Source: a virus
Lineage: Duplodnaviria > Caudoviricetes
Direction: 5' to 3' (one strand)
IMG/VR virus record: IMGVR_UViG_3300009435_000044
Coordinates: 1 to 26,668 of that record
Length of the DNA stretch: 26,668 nt
The notes under the pieces are model-generated. The model made no database searches and had not been told where the DNA came from. It was given only the letters and a program-made list of their open reading frames with translations. A program made the translations under genes and the position numbers. The number at the start of each line of letters is the position of its first letter. The stretch's first letter is position 1. This document shows positions 1 through 7,970 of the stretch, one piece after another.

Positions 1-123
1 AAGTGTTTATATCTGTTAAAAAGTATTTTATTATAATATAGTATATAGGTTGTATATTTACATAACACTTTAATCTTTTAATTTGTTTTTAAATAAAGTG
101 ACTTTTGTTTTTAATTTTGTTTT

Positions 124-156
124 AAGAGGGTGTCAGAAATGATATCCTCTTTTTTA
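124..156 (+). terminator. Intrinsic terminator
   Basis: AAGAGGGTGTCA-GAAA-TGATATCCTCTT 12-bp stem (two G-T pairs) followed by a T run. Confidence 0.8.
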
Positions 157-162
157 TTCAAA

Positions 163-187
163 ATGTTAAAGAAATGTTAAAGTTTAA
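163..187. promoter_or_regulatory. TGTTAA-N5-TGTTAA operator-like site
   Basis: ATGTTAAAGAAATGTTAAAGTTTAA is the exact reverse complement of 7967-7991 and lies just upstream of a promoter. Confidence 0.6.
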
Positions 188-217
188 AAAAAGTTTTTTT
201 AGTATATAAAAACCTTG

Positions 218-225
218 TATATTTG
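218..225 (+). promoter_or_regulatory. Bacteroidota housekeeping-sigma -7 element
   Basis: TATATTTG matches TAnnTTTG; intergenic, upstream of ATG 263. Confidence 0.7.
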
Positions 226-262
226 TAGTGTAAAACAATAATAATAATTAAAAACAAACATT

Positions 263-358
263 ATGGAAAGCGATTGTTGTGGTGCATTACCACTATGGGA
301 AACAGATATATGTTCAGACTGTGGAGAACACGCTGAATTTTATGAAACAGATTATTAA
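263..358 (+). CDS. 31-aa Cys-rich (zinc-ribbon-like) peptide, not in the ORF track
   Basis: MESDCCGALPLWETDICSDCGEHAEFYETDY; CC...CxxC-x2-H; same TTAAAAACAAACATTATG leader as the next gene. Confidence 0.7.
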   Translation: MESDCCGALPLWETDICSDCGEHAEFYETDY

Positions 359-374
359 CTTAAAAACAAACATT

Positions 375-563
375 ATGAAAACCAAAACACTAAAGGATTT
401 AACAAGAAACCAATTAGTAAAGTTAATCAAAAACAACCAACCACATTTGCAGGTTAGAAAAAATATGACTATGCAGAACTTAAGGGATAAATTAAATATC
501 TTGGGTGGTAATTTCGCTTCAATTTCTTTTGATAAGAATTGGACAATTAAAACAATTAACTAA
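375..563 (+). CDS. Hypothetical protein (62 aa; start moved from 279)
   Basis: ATG 375 is preceded by the repeated leader TAAAAACAAACATT; the upstream extension overlaps the 263-358 gene. Confidence 0.65.
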   Translation: MKTKTLKDLTRNQLVKLIKNNQPHLQVRKNMTMQNLRDKLNILGGNFASISFDKNWTIKTIN

Positions 564-718
564 AAACAAACAAAATGAAAACAATTAAATTAAAATATTT
601 TTACTTTATTTATAAACACAGCTAACCTGTATTGTATAAATTTTTTTTATTATTTTATTTTATATAAATATTATATAATTTATAAATTATAAAACTAATA
701 ATATATCTTATTAAGATG

Positions 719-750
719 CAAAGTTAGTATAAATTTTTTTAATAGTCAAG
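719..750 (-). promoter_or_regulatory. Leftward Bacteroidota-type promoter
   Basis: Minus-strand TTG (749-747), 20-nt spacer, TAACTTTG (726-719). Confidence 0.55.
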
Positions 751-824
751 TATTTTTTACGAAATGTTAAAAACTTTTAATTAAATTATCATAATACCAT
801 CTATGTTTTTTGTATGTTTACACT

Positions 825-1223
825 ATGAATTATAAGATAATATCTCCATTATTTGTAGAGCTTCCCAGAAAGACAAAAGCAAATAAAAAAGTTTACTTAA
901 ATATGAACACTTATAGGAATTTACATCACAGGATAAGTAATGATGCTAAGATTTTATATAAAGAACTATTAAGAGAACAATTACAAGACCTTATTATTAA
1001 GACACCTGTAGAAGTGACATACAAAGTATTTAAAAAGACTAATAGAAAATTAGATAAGATGAATGTTGTTTCTATAGTAAGTAAGTTCTTGTTAGATGCT
1101 ATAACAGAATATAAGTGTTGGATAGACGATAATGATGATTATGTAAAAACTGAAACTATATTGCCAACAGAATTAGATAGAATTAATCCAAGAGTAGAAA
1201 TAACTATAAAAGAAATATGTTAG
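825..1223 (+). CDS. RusA-like Holliday junction resolvase/endonuclease
   Basis: RKLDKMN...K...DA......DDN and C-terminal PRVEITIKE match the RusA pattern; ATG 825 preferred over TTG 810. Confidence 0.7.
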   Translation: MNYKIISPLFVELPRKTKANKKVYLNMNTYRNLHHRISNDAKILYKELLREQLQDLIIKTPVEVTYKVFKKTNRKLDKMNVVSIVSKFLLDAITEYKCWIDDNDDYVKTETILPTELDRINPRVEITIKEIC

Positions 1224-1765
1224 AAAAATTAGCCAAACACCATGATTTATGGATTAAGATGCTTATAAACTTAGGTTGTGATTTAGACACAGCTAAAGAT
1301 ATAGTACAAAATATGTATTTAAGACTACATAATCTTGTAAAAGATGAAGATAAAATAATGTATAATGATGATGTCAACAGATACTTTGTTTACACAACTT
1401 TAAGAAATATGTATTTTAGTTATCTAAAGAAAGATAACACCTATTCAATATACCCTTTATTTGAAACAGAAAGCCATACAGAAGGTTTAGACGACTTAAA
1501 TAACATTCTGGATGAGAACGCATATTTTAGGTTCTTAATTGATAAGATTTATGATATGGTAAATTCATGGGAAGTTTATGATAAAAAGCTATTTGACCTT
1601 TACTTTATTAGAGGGCAGAGTTTAAGACAGATTAGCAAAGGTTCTAAGATAGGTTTATCATCAATCCATAACTCTGTATTAAATTACAAAGAAAAACTAA
1701 GAGAACTGCTCTTAGAGGATTTAGAGGATTATTATAATGAGGATTATACAATGTTAAATAAATAA
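1217..1765 (+). CDS. Phage-encoded ECF-type sigma-70 factor
   Basis: Region-2-like AKDIVQNMYLRL...YTTLRNMYFSYLK and region-4 HTH LFDLYFIRGQSLRQISKGSKIGLSSIHN. Confidence 0.8.
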   Translation: MLEKLAKHHDLWIKMLINLGCDLDTAKDIVQNMYLRLHNLVKDEDKIMYNDDVNRYFVYTTLRNMYFSYLKKDNTYSIYPLFETESHTEGLDDLNNILDENAYFRFLIDKIYDMVNSWEVYDKKLFDLYFIRGQSLRQISKGSKIGLSSIHNSVLNYKEKLRELLLEDLEDYYNEDYTMLNK

Positions 1766-1768
1766 ATT

Positions 1769-2260
1769 ATGAAAGATAACAAATATTACGAAGATTTAGA
1801 AAAAGATGGTTACTATAAGACCATAGACAAGAGAAGTAAAGACTATAGAGAGTATAAGCAATATCTTAAATATAAGGAAGATTTTAAGAATCTACAGAGG
1901 AATGTAGAAGAAAACAAAACTATTGGATTAGGGGATGTTATAGATAAAATTACTAAGGCTACAGGTATTAAGAAGGTGGTTGATGCTATTACTGATGACT
2001 GTGGGTGTGACGAAAGAAAGGAAAAGTTTAATAAGATTCCATTATGGAAAAGAAGAAAGGTTAATTGTATTGATGAATCTGACTATCCTTTTGTAAAGGA
2101 GTTTGTTAAAAAGACAAGATATTCTTTTGAGGATAGAGAAAGGTTTATTCCAATATATAATCATATATTTAGGGTTAATGTTAAAAATACTAAATGTGAT
2201 AGCTGTTTCAGAGGGTATATAAAAAGTATAAAAGAATATTTAACTATTTACGAAAAATAG
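1769..2260 (+). CDS. Hypothetical phage protein with GLGD...CGC and CxxC motifs
   Basis: GLGDVIDKITKATGIK...DCGCDERKEKFN and KCDSC; tight operon spacing. Confidence 0.8.
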   Translation: MKDNKYYEDLEKDGYYKTIDKRSKDYREYKQYLKYKEDFKNLQRNVEENKTIGLGDVIDKITKATGIKKVVDAITDDCGCDERKEKFNKIPLWKRRKVNCIDESDYPFVKEFVKKTRYSFEDRERFIPIYNHIFRVNVKNTKCDSCFRGYIKSIKEYLTIYEK

Positions 2261-2263
2261 TTA

Positions 2264-2271
2264 TATCTTTG
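2264..2271 (+). promoter_or_regulatory. -7 promoter element
   Basis: TATCTTTG upstream of ATG 2292. Confidence 0.55.
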
Positions 2272-2291
2272 TTAAAACAAAAGAAACTATT

Positions 2292-2423
2292 ATGAGTATA
2301 ATTTATTGCGAATACTGTCACTTATACATTGACACCGATTTTGATTGTGAACATTTTGTAGATGAAAATGGAGAGGAATCCGAAATATGTATAGAACAAC
2401 AAGAAGATGAAAGCGATGAATAA
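2292..2423 (+). CDS. 43-aa acidic zinc-finger-like peptide, not in the ORF track
   Basis: MSIIYCEYCHLYIDTDFDCEHFVDENGEESEICIEQQEDESDE; fills the gap and overlaps the next start. Confidence 0.65.
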   Translation: MSIIYCEYCHLYIDTDFDCEHFVDENGEESEICIEQQEDESDE

Positions 2424-2643
2424 AAAAGATATAGGTACGTTTAATATAACCTTTAAAACTACGTTAGAGCATTATAATCAAATATTGAATGTTCTTAATC
2501 AAAACGTAGATGTTATATCTGATAGCGTTGTCCCAGACACAAAAGAGTTGTATAATAATGATGACTACTTTAAAAAGTTGGTTAAGGCTGAAAAGGATGC
2601 AAGAAATAATAAGTTAAACTATATTAATAAGCACAATGTATAA
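2407..2643 (+). CDS. Hypothetical protein (start may be 2416)
   Basis: ORF track; operon-like overlaps. Confidence 0.65.
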   Translation: MKAMNKKDIGTFNITFKTTLEHYNQILNVLNQNVDVISDSVVPDTKELYNNDDYFKKLVKAEKDARNNKLNYINKHNV

Positions 2644-2770
2644 AGAATTAAATAAAATAACAGATTATAGGATTGATAAGAGCTGTGTTACTATTAATCA
2701 GTTTGATAGAAACCAAATTATTCTTACAATAGAAGAATTTAAAGAGATTAATAAACAAATAAAACAATAA
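2636..2770 (+). CDS. Hypothetical 44-aa protein, not in the ORF track
   Basis: MYKELNKITDYRIDKSCVTINQFDRNQIILTIEEFKEINKQIKQ; 8-nt overlap with the upstream stop. Confidence 0.6.
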   Translation: MYKELNKITDYRIDKSCVTINQFDRNQIILTIEEFKEINKQIKQ

Positions 2771-2773
2771 CAA

Positions 2774-2941
2774 ATGAAAACAACTTGGAAGGTTAGAAAC
2801 GTCAAGAAAACAATCAAAGACGAAGAATACACAGAGATTACCTTTAAAGACTATCGAGGTAGTTGGACCATTAAAATAGATGAGCCACGTCATCTTGTAG
2901 AAGATTTAGATAAGGTTGCTAACTATAAAGAGAAAGTGTAA
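2774..2941 (+). CDS. Hypothetical 55-aa protein, not in the ORF track
   Basis: MKTTWKVRNVKKTIKDEEYTEITFKDYRGSWTIKIDEPRHLVEDLDKVANYKEKV; TAATG coupling to 2941. Confidence 0.65.
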   Translation: MKTTWKVRNVKKTIKDEEYTEITFKDYRGSWTIKIDEPRHLVEDLDKVANYKEKV

Positions 2942-3678
2942 TGGGGGATTTTAGACCAAGATTAAGAAAAGGAACAAAAAGAATGTTTAAAAGATGGACA
3001 GACCAAGAGAGCAGGGTATTGGTTATAGGTGATACACATACACCTTTTGATTTAGATACATACTTAGACTTTTTAGTTGATACATACGAGCGTTTTAATT
3101 GCAATAGAGTGGTTCATATAGGTGATGAAGCTGACCATCACTATTCAAGCTATCACGAAACAGATGCAAATGGCATGAGTGGTGGTGATGAGTTGTATCA
3201 CACAAAAAAAAGGATGGCGAGATACTATAAAGCTTTTCCAGATGTAGATGTTATAATTGGTAATCATACGAGAATTATAATGAGGAAAGCACAAACTGGT
3301 GGTATTCCAAGAGAGTGGATAAAAGACTATAATGATGTTTTAGGAGTTCCTAATTGGAATTTTCATACAGAGTTAGAGATTGATGGTGTGTTATATGCTC
3401 ATGGAGAGGGTGGTACTGCAAGGACTAAATGTAAGAAAGACTTACAGAGTATTGTTCAAGGACATTTACACACGCAACTTTATGTTGAGTACGTTGTTGG
3501 AAGAAATAATAGAATATTTGGAATGCAAGTTGGTTGTGGTATAAATCACGAGGAATACGCTTTTGGGTATGCTAAGGCAGGATTAAAACCTGCTATTGGA
3601 TGTGGTGTGGTTATTGGTGGTAAAGAAGCTATTGCTGTACCTATGAGGTTGGAAGATTATAAAAAAACAAAATATTAA
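2941..3678 (+). CDS. Calcineurin-like metallophosphoesterase
   Basis: Complete motif set: GDTH, GDEAD, GNH, HG, GHLH. Confidence 0.9.
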   Translation: MGDFRPRLRKGTKRMFKRWTDQESRVLVIGDTHTPFDLDTYLDFLVDTYERFNCNRVVHIGDEADHHYSSYHETDANGMSGGDELYHTKKRMARYYKAFPDVDVIIGNHTRIIMRKAQTGGIPREWIKDYNDVLGVPNWNFHTELEIDGVLYAHGEGGTARTKCKKDLQSIVQGHLHTQLYVEYVVGRNNRIFGMQVGCGINHEEYAFGYAKAGLKPAIGCGVVIGGKEAIAVPMRLEDYKKTKY

Positions 3679-4049
3679 TGAGAAGTAATAAGAAATCAAG
3701 AATAGCTAATAGTAAATATTGGAAAACTAAAAAAGGTAAGTTAATGCTTACCTATAATAATATGAAGCGTAGGGTTGATGGATATGTTAAGCCTCATCTT
3801 TACAAAGGTAAAGAAATATGTGATAGAAATTTATTTTATCAATGGTCTGCTTCCGACTCCAATTATAATATCTTGTATAATAACTGGGTTGAAAATGGAT
3901 ATGACATGAGGTTATCACCAAGTATAGATAGGATAGATGTATCTAAAGGTTATTTATTAGATAATATTCAATGGATAACTCATAGTGATAATAGTAAAAA
4001 AGGAGCAATATCAAGACATACTGCTTTTAATGTAAAAATGAATATGTAA
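3678..4049 (+). CDS. HNH-related endonuclease-like protein
   Basis: SPSIDRIDVSKGYLLDNIQWITHSDNSKK resembles the phage DRID..KGY...N beta-beta-alpha nuclease motif; basic N-terminus. Confidence 0.6.
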   Translation: MRSNKKSRIANSKYWKTKKGKLMLTYNNMKRRVDGYVKPHLYKGKEICDRNLFYQWSASDSNYNILYNNWVENGYDMRLSPSIDRIDVSKGYLLDNIQWITHSDNSKKGAISRHTAFNVKMNM

Positions 4050-4231
4050 TGACTTATAAAATTCAAATAGGTTGGGAAGATGGGTTTTATGTGGCTTATT
4101 TAGCACAACATACAGATAACTTAAACGCTGCTTTAGTTATAGATGAAATAGAAGCATTTGATTTTGATGATTTAATAGACCAAATTCCTATTGAGTGGGA
4201 GCAGAGATTAACTAACTTTTTAAACAACTAA
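4049..4231 (+). CDS. Hypothetical acidic protein
   Basis: TAATG coupling on both sides. Confidence 0.7.
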   Translation: MTYKIQIGWEDGFYVAYLAQHTDNLNAALVIDEIEAFDFDDLIDQIPIEWEQRLTNFLNN

Positions 4232-4434
4232 TGAAAAGCACAACAACACATTATGATTGTGGCAAGGGCTACGACTTAATAGATGTAATATACGACTACC
4301 AACTAACATTTAATAGAGGTAATATAGTAAAGTATGTCTTTAGGGCAGGAAAGAAAGAAAGCGAGTTAAACGACTTACTTAAAGCGAAAGACTACTTAGA
4401 AAGAGAAATAGAATATTTAAGAACTAAAAAATGA
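4231..4434 (+). CDS. DUF3310-like phage protein
   Basis: HY...IDVI...F.RGNIVKYVFRAGKK....DLLKAKDYL signature. Confidence 0.8.
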   Translation: MKSTTTHYDCGKGYDLIDVIYDYQLTFNRGNIVKYVFRAGKKESELNDLLKAKDYLEREIEYLRTKK

Positions 4435-4796
4435 GAAAGAAATACTACCCACCAAGACCAGAAACGATTAAAGCTAAGATGCAGAAAAGAACTTTAGGGC
4501 TTGAGAAAGCTAAAGAGATAATATCTTTTTGTAATGAGTATTATGGGTTTGATGTTACTACAGATAACAGGAAGCGGTACATTATAGACGCAAGGTTTAT
4601 GACTATTAAGATGATTTACGATTATACAGGGCTAATCCTAAAAGATATAGGTTGTTTATTTAATCGTAAGCACGACACAATGATACACTCTTTAAACACA
4701 ATAGGAAGTCTTATAGAGTATGATAAAGACATTAGAGAGCATCATCAATACCTAAAAAGTAAGCTATGCCATATAAAAAACGAGATGATATTATAA
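4431..4796 (+). CDS. Stand-alone DnaA C-terminal (domain IV)-like HTH protein
   Basis: RKRYIIDARFM...YTGLILKDIGCLFNRKHDTMIHS mirrors the DnaA R...AR...L..IG..F.RDHTTV.H motif. Confidence 0.7.
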   Translation: MRKKYYPPRPETIKAKMQKRTLGLEKAKEIISFCNEYYGFDVTTDNRKRYIIDARFMTIKMIYDYTGLILKDIGCLFNRKHDTMIHSLNTIGSLIEYDKDIREHHQYLKSKLCHIKNEMIL

Positions 4797-5209
4797 AATA
4801 TTATTCTGTAGATTACACAGATAGCTACACAGAAGAAATGGACACGGAAGGATTAAGGGTGTTAAAATGGAGTATGTTTGATTCTCCAGAGAAGTTAGGT
4901 TCTGGTAAGATGTTTATGGAATCTGCACCTATACACATATTAGACGAAGTGTTGTTTAAGCAACGCATAAATGCTTATATTATGTTAGGTTATACATCCA
5001 AGATTTACGCAGACAGATTAAGGTTAAGTTCTGATAACCCTCATAGATTAGGTAAAGCTGTTAAAATGAGGTGTATAAACAAGGTAAAAAGATTAAAGAT
5101 TGTAAGAGGACTTATACAATATGGTGTTGAGAGGATTCATCTACATAACGAATGGATATACTTTGACACCGATAATTATATCAAGAATCCAGAAATTATT
5201 TTGTTTTAA
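4766..5209 (+). CDS. Peptidase M15-like protein with degenerate zinc site
   Basis: FDSP..GSG..M....LD...GY....H..G.A......R...V..L...G..RI......D scaffold of phage M15 peptidases. Confidence 0.6.
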   Translation: MPYKKRDDIIKYYSVDYTDSYTEEMDTEGLRVLKWSMFDSPEKLGSGKMFMESAPIHILDEVLFKQRINAYIMLGYTSKIYADRLRLSSDNPHRLGKAVKMRCINKVKRLKIVRGLIQYGVERIHLHNEWIYFDTDNYIKNPEIILF

Positions 5210-5227
5210 ATTTGTTCTTTGTTTGTG

Positions 5228-5262
5228 GAGGGGTGGTGTAACAGCCACCTTTCTTTTTTTTT
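5228..5262 (+). terminator. Intrinsic terminator
   Basis: GAGGGGTGGT-GTAACA-GCCACCTTTC stem followed by a T run. Confidence 0.75.
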
Positions 5263-5334
5263 AACATAATTTTAACATATTAAAACTTGTGTAATTAAAA
5301 ATAATATGTAATTTAGCACAGAATTTAAAACTAT
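5261..5334 (+). promoter_or_regulatory. TTAACA-N5-TTAACA site plus variant promoter
   Basis: TTAACA at 5261 and 5272; TTG 5287-5289, 19 nt, TAATTTAG 5309-5316; TTTAGCnnAGAATTTAAAACTA shared with 8015-8036. Confidence 0.6.
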
Positions 5335-5338
5335 AATT

Positions 5339-5584
5339 ATGAAAAAATTATTAATAATACTAATTCTATTATCATCCTACGATAAAGACATTTTAGATGT
5401 TAAAGAGTGTGATGATAATTGCTTAAAGGTAACTAAGGTTATACAAAGAAGCAGCTACTATCAGTTAGAAGGTACTGATGTTTGTAGTGGTAAATCTTAT
5501 AGATTTATACACACATTAAACGATTATGTTTCTGTTGGAAATATAATATGTAAAGATGAGTTTAACGGATTAACAGAAATATAA
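5339..5584 (+). CDS. Lipoprotein-like small exported protein (Tyr at the lipobox Cys position)
   Basis: MKKLLIILILLSS-Y-DKD signal-like N-terminus; four Cys in the mature part. Confidence 0.6.
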   Translation: MKKLLIILILLSSYDKDILDVKECDDNCLKVTKVIQRSSYYQLEGTDVCSGKSYRFIHTLNDYVSVGNIICKDEFNGLTEI

Positions 5585-5586
5585 TT

Positions 5587-5796
5587 ATGAAAGAACAAAG
5601 AAAAGTAAGATTTAGATGGATGATTCCATACAAAGGAGCAATGGTTAGATATTCTAACAACTACAAGACACAGAGAGAGTGTTATGAATGGCTTATAAAT
5701 TATAAAAAACATGTAGGAGATACACTACAAGACACAAGTACTTTTGTGTTGGGTATGTACACTAAACCTGTTAAAGAAAAAAAAGAACTGATATGA
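5587..5796 (+). CDS. Hypothetical protein
   Basis: ORF track; operon spacing. Confidence 0.65.
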   Translation: MKEQRKVRFRWMIPYKGAMVRYSNNYKTQRECYEWLINYKKHVGDTLQDTSTFVLGMYTKPVKEKKELI

Positions 5797-5945
5797 ATGA
5801 ATTAGTAGATTTTAAGAACGCACAAGTAGAATCTCTACAGAAAAGAGTTCTGCTATTAGAAACATATCTTTTAGAGGTAACGGACAAAAATTGTCCAGAA
5901 GGATATAGAAAGATAATTAGAAAAGAAATATTAAACGATGCCTAA
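5793..5945 (+). CDS. Hypothetical 50-aa protein, not in the ORF track
   Basis: MNELVDFKNAQVESLQKRVLLLETYLLEVTDKNCPEGYRKIIRKEILNDA; ATGA overlap with the upstream gene. Confidence 0.65.
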   Translation: MNELVDFKNAQVESLQKRVLLLETYLLEVTDKNCPEGYRKIIRKEILNDA

Positions 5946-6087
5946 ACCAATAGTAGTATTAGAGTTTCCTAATTTCTATACAGAAGAACAGGTAGATAGA
6001 TATTCTGATGATTTTGAGAAGAAGTTAGAAGGTTATATTATAATAACATTACAGAAAGATATTAACGATATTAACATTAAATTTTAA
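5938..6087 (+). CDS. Hypothetical 49-aa protein, not in the ORF track
   Basis: MPKPIVVLEFPNFYTEEQVDRYSDDFEKKLEGYIIITLQKDINDINIKF; fills the gap exactly. Confidence 0.6.
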   Translation: MPKPIVVLEFPNFYTEEQVDRYSDDFEKKLEGYIIITLQKDINDINIKF

Positions 6088-6091
6088 GTAA

Positions 6092-6520
6092 ATGAACAGA
6101 GAAAAAGTTGCAGAACTCTACAAGAAGTATGAGTTAACGTCAGATGATGTGTATAAACACAAGCATTATCTAATTATTACAAGGCAAGGTATTGATAAGA
6201 TACAAGCACAAGAGAAGATTTTTATAGCTTATGATGCTATAACTGTAGAGTCAGAATTTTGTGTTGTAAAAGCGAGTGCTGTAAAAGGCGATGCTAAGAT
6301 AGAAACATTTGGTAGTGCTAAATATGGCTCTAAGGAATGGGATGAAACAGCTAAAGGCGGTAAAGGTGGGTGGAACGAAAAAGGTAACACTACAACTTGG
6401 TACGTTATGGAAATGGCAGAGAAAAGAGCAATGTCAAGAGCAGTTCTTAAACTTACAGGTTTCTATGAATTAGGTGTGTTTGGCGAAGATGAGAGTGAGG
6501 ATTTTAAAAGAAGTAATTAA
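6092..6520 (+). CDS. Putative single-strand annealing protein (Rad52/Sak-like)
   Basis: MAEKRAMSRAVLKLTG...GEDE C-terminal motif; adjacent to the SSB-like gene; function is inferred. Confidence 0.5.
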   Translation: MNREKVAELYKKYELTSDDVYKHKHYLIITRQGIDKIQAQEKIFIAYDAITVESEFCVVKASAVKGDAKIETFGSAKYGSKEWDETAKGGKGGWNEKGNTTTWYVMEMAEKRAMSRAVLKLTGFYELGVFGEDESEDFKRSN

Positions 6521-6536
6521 TTAAATATAAATAAAA

Positions 6537-6893
6537 ATGAGTTTAGAAGTAACAGGAAAATTAGAGAAATTCTTAGAAATGCAAGTAGGTAAAACTAAGG
6601 ATGGTAACCAGTGGAAGAAGCAACAATTTATCGTTGTAACAGAAGATAAGTATAATAATATTTATCCTTTTGAATTATTTGCATCTGGAGAGCATTTAGA
6701 AAAGATTGATAACCTATTGAAGTACAATAAGGTTGGAGATACAATTAAAGTCCAATTTAATGTAAGTGCCAATGAATATAATGGTAAATATTACACAAAC
6801 CTTTCTGTTTGGAGAGTTGATAATTCTAAGCAACCAGAATCACAATCTACTACAGAATCATTTAGTAAGGTAGATGATGATTTACCTTTTTAA
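6537..6893 (+). CDS. DUF3127-like ssDNA-binding protein
   Basis: WKKQQF...VGD.IKVQFN...EYNGKYYTNL..W and acidic DDDLPF tail. Confidence 0.8.
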   Translation: MSLEVTGKLEKFLEMQVGKTKDGNQWKKQQFIVVTEDKYNNIYPFELFASGEHLEKIDNLLKYNKVGDTIKVQFNVSANEYNGKYYTNLSVWRVDNSKQPESQSTTESFSKVDDDLPF

Positions 6894-6904
6894 TCTTTAA
6901 TAAT

Positions 6905-6934
6905 AAAGGGTATAGTTAATTCTATGCCCTTTTT
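6905..6934 (+). terminator. Intrinsic terminator
   Basis: AAAGGGTATAG-TTAATT-CTATGCCCTTT followed by TT. Confidence 0.7.
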
Positions 6935-6946
6935 AATACAACAATA

Positions 6947-7114
6947 ATGGAAACATACACAAACAAAGAGATACAAGATAATATTGAAAAACTCACAAAT
7001 AGAATAAATAGATTAAGGTCTGAAAGAACCAACATTAGTCAAGAAATTAACAGATTAAATGAGATGTTATCTGAATTGGAGTTATTAGGATTGAATCAAA
7101 CAAAACTATTTTAA
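6947..7114 (+). CDS. 55-aa coiled-coil protein ending QTKLF, not in the ORF track
   Basis: METYTNKEIQDNIEKLTNRINRLRSERTNISQEINRLNEMLSELELLGLNQTKLF; heptad pattern. Confidence 0.7.
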   Translation: METYTNKEIQDNIEKLTNRINRLRSERTNISQEINRLNEMLSELELLGLNQTKLF

Positions 7115-7118
7115 ACAA

Positions 7119-7970
7119 ATGACAGAACAAGAATTACAAGAGCAAAACGACCATTTAATGTTTATGCAATCTATACAGGAGGATTGCTTTATAGATATAA
7201 ACAAGAAAATAGAATACCCACCTGTAGCAATTAGTTACGGAACACAAATAGTTCAAACAAAGAATGGCTCTATGGAGTTTCCAATACCTATAGCCACTTA
7301 TGGTAACTTTAGCTTTATACAAGCACCTCCAAAGTCAATGAAAACATTTTTTGTTAGCTTACTATCATCTGTATTTGTTAATCCAGAATGTGAGTTTACA
7401 GGTAATTTAAAATCATTCAGAGATAATAAACACCTAATTCATTTTGATACAGAGCAAGGAGATTGGCATAGTCAAGGAGTGTTTAATAGGGTAAAGAGAA
7501 TGAATGAAGGATTGAATTTAGATTTCTACCATACATTTGCATTAAGAAAGGTTGGTTATAAGTCAAGGATGCAATTTATAGAATACTACCTACAATCATT
7601 AAAAGATAATGGCAAGGAAGTAGGATTGGTTATTATAGATGGTGTAGCAGACCTTGTAAGCGATGTAAATAATTTAGAGGAATCAAATGATGTTGTTCAA
7701 AAGATAATGACTCTAACGACAATATACAACTGCCATATTGTAACCGTTATACATAGTAATTGGGGTAGTGATAAGCCAACAGGGCATTTAGGTTCTTTAT
7801 TAGAGAAAAAGACTGAAACACAGGTTAAATTAGAGTTTGACACCATTACCAGAAGTGTAGTTGTTAGGTGTATGAGAAGTAGGAACTCTGCATTTAAGGA
7901 TTTTGGTTTTAAGCTGTCTAATTACGGACTACCAAAAGTTATAGATGCTGAAAGAGATGTACCTTATTAA
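7119..7970 (+). CDS. RecA-fold/AAA_25-type P-loop ATPase, probable helicase
   Basis: Walker A APPKSMKT, FDTEQG, Walker B LVIIDG, VIH and GHLGS motifs. Confidence 0.75.
   Translation: MTEQELQEQNDHLMFMQSIQEDCFIDINKKIEYPPVAISYGTQIVQTKNGSMEFPIPIATYGNFSFIQAPPKSMKTFFVSLLSSVFVNPECEFTGNLKSFRDNKHLIHFDTEQGDWHSQGVFNRVKRMNEGLNLDFYHTFALRKVGYKSRMQFIEYYLQSLKDNGKEVGLVIIDGVADLVSDVNNLEESNDVVQKIMTLTTIYNCHIVTVIHSNWGSDKPTGHLGSLLEKKTETQVKLEFDTITRSVVVRCMRSRNSAFKDFGFKLSNYGLPKVIDAERDVPY

Noticed and set aside
279-374. GTG-start extension of ORF 279-563
   Set aside because: It overlaps the better-supported 263-358 gene, and the repeated leader marks ATG 375.
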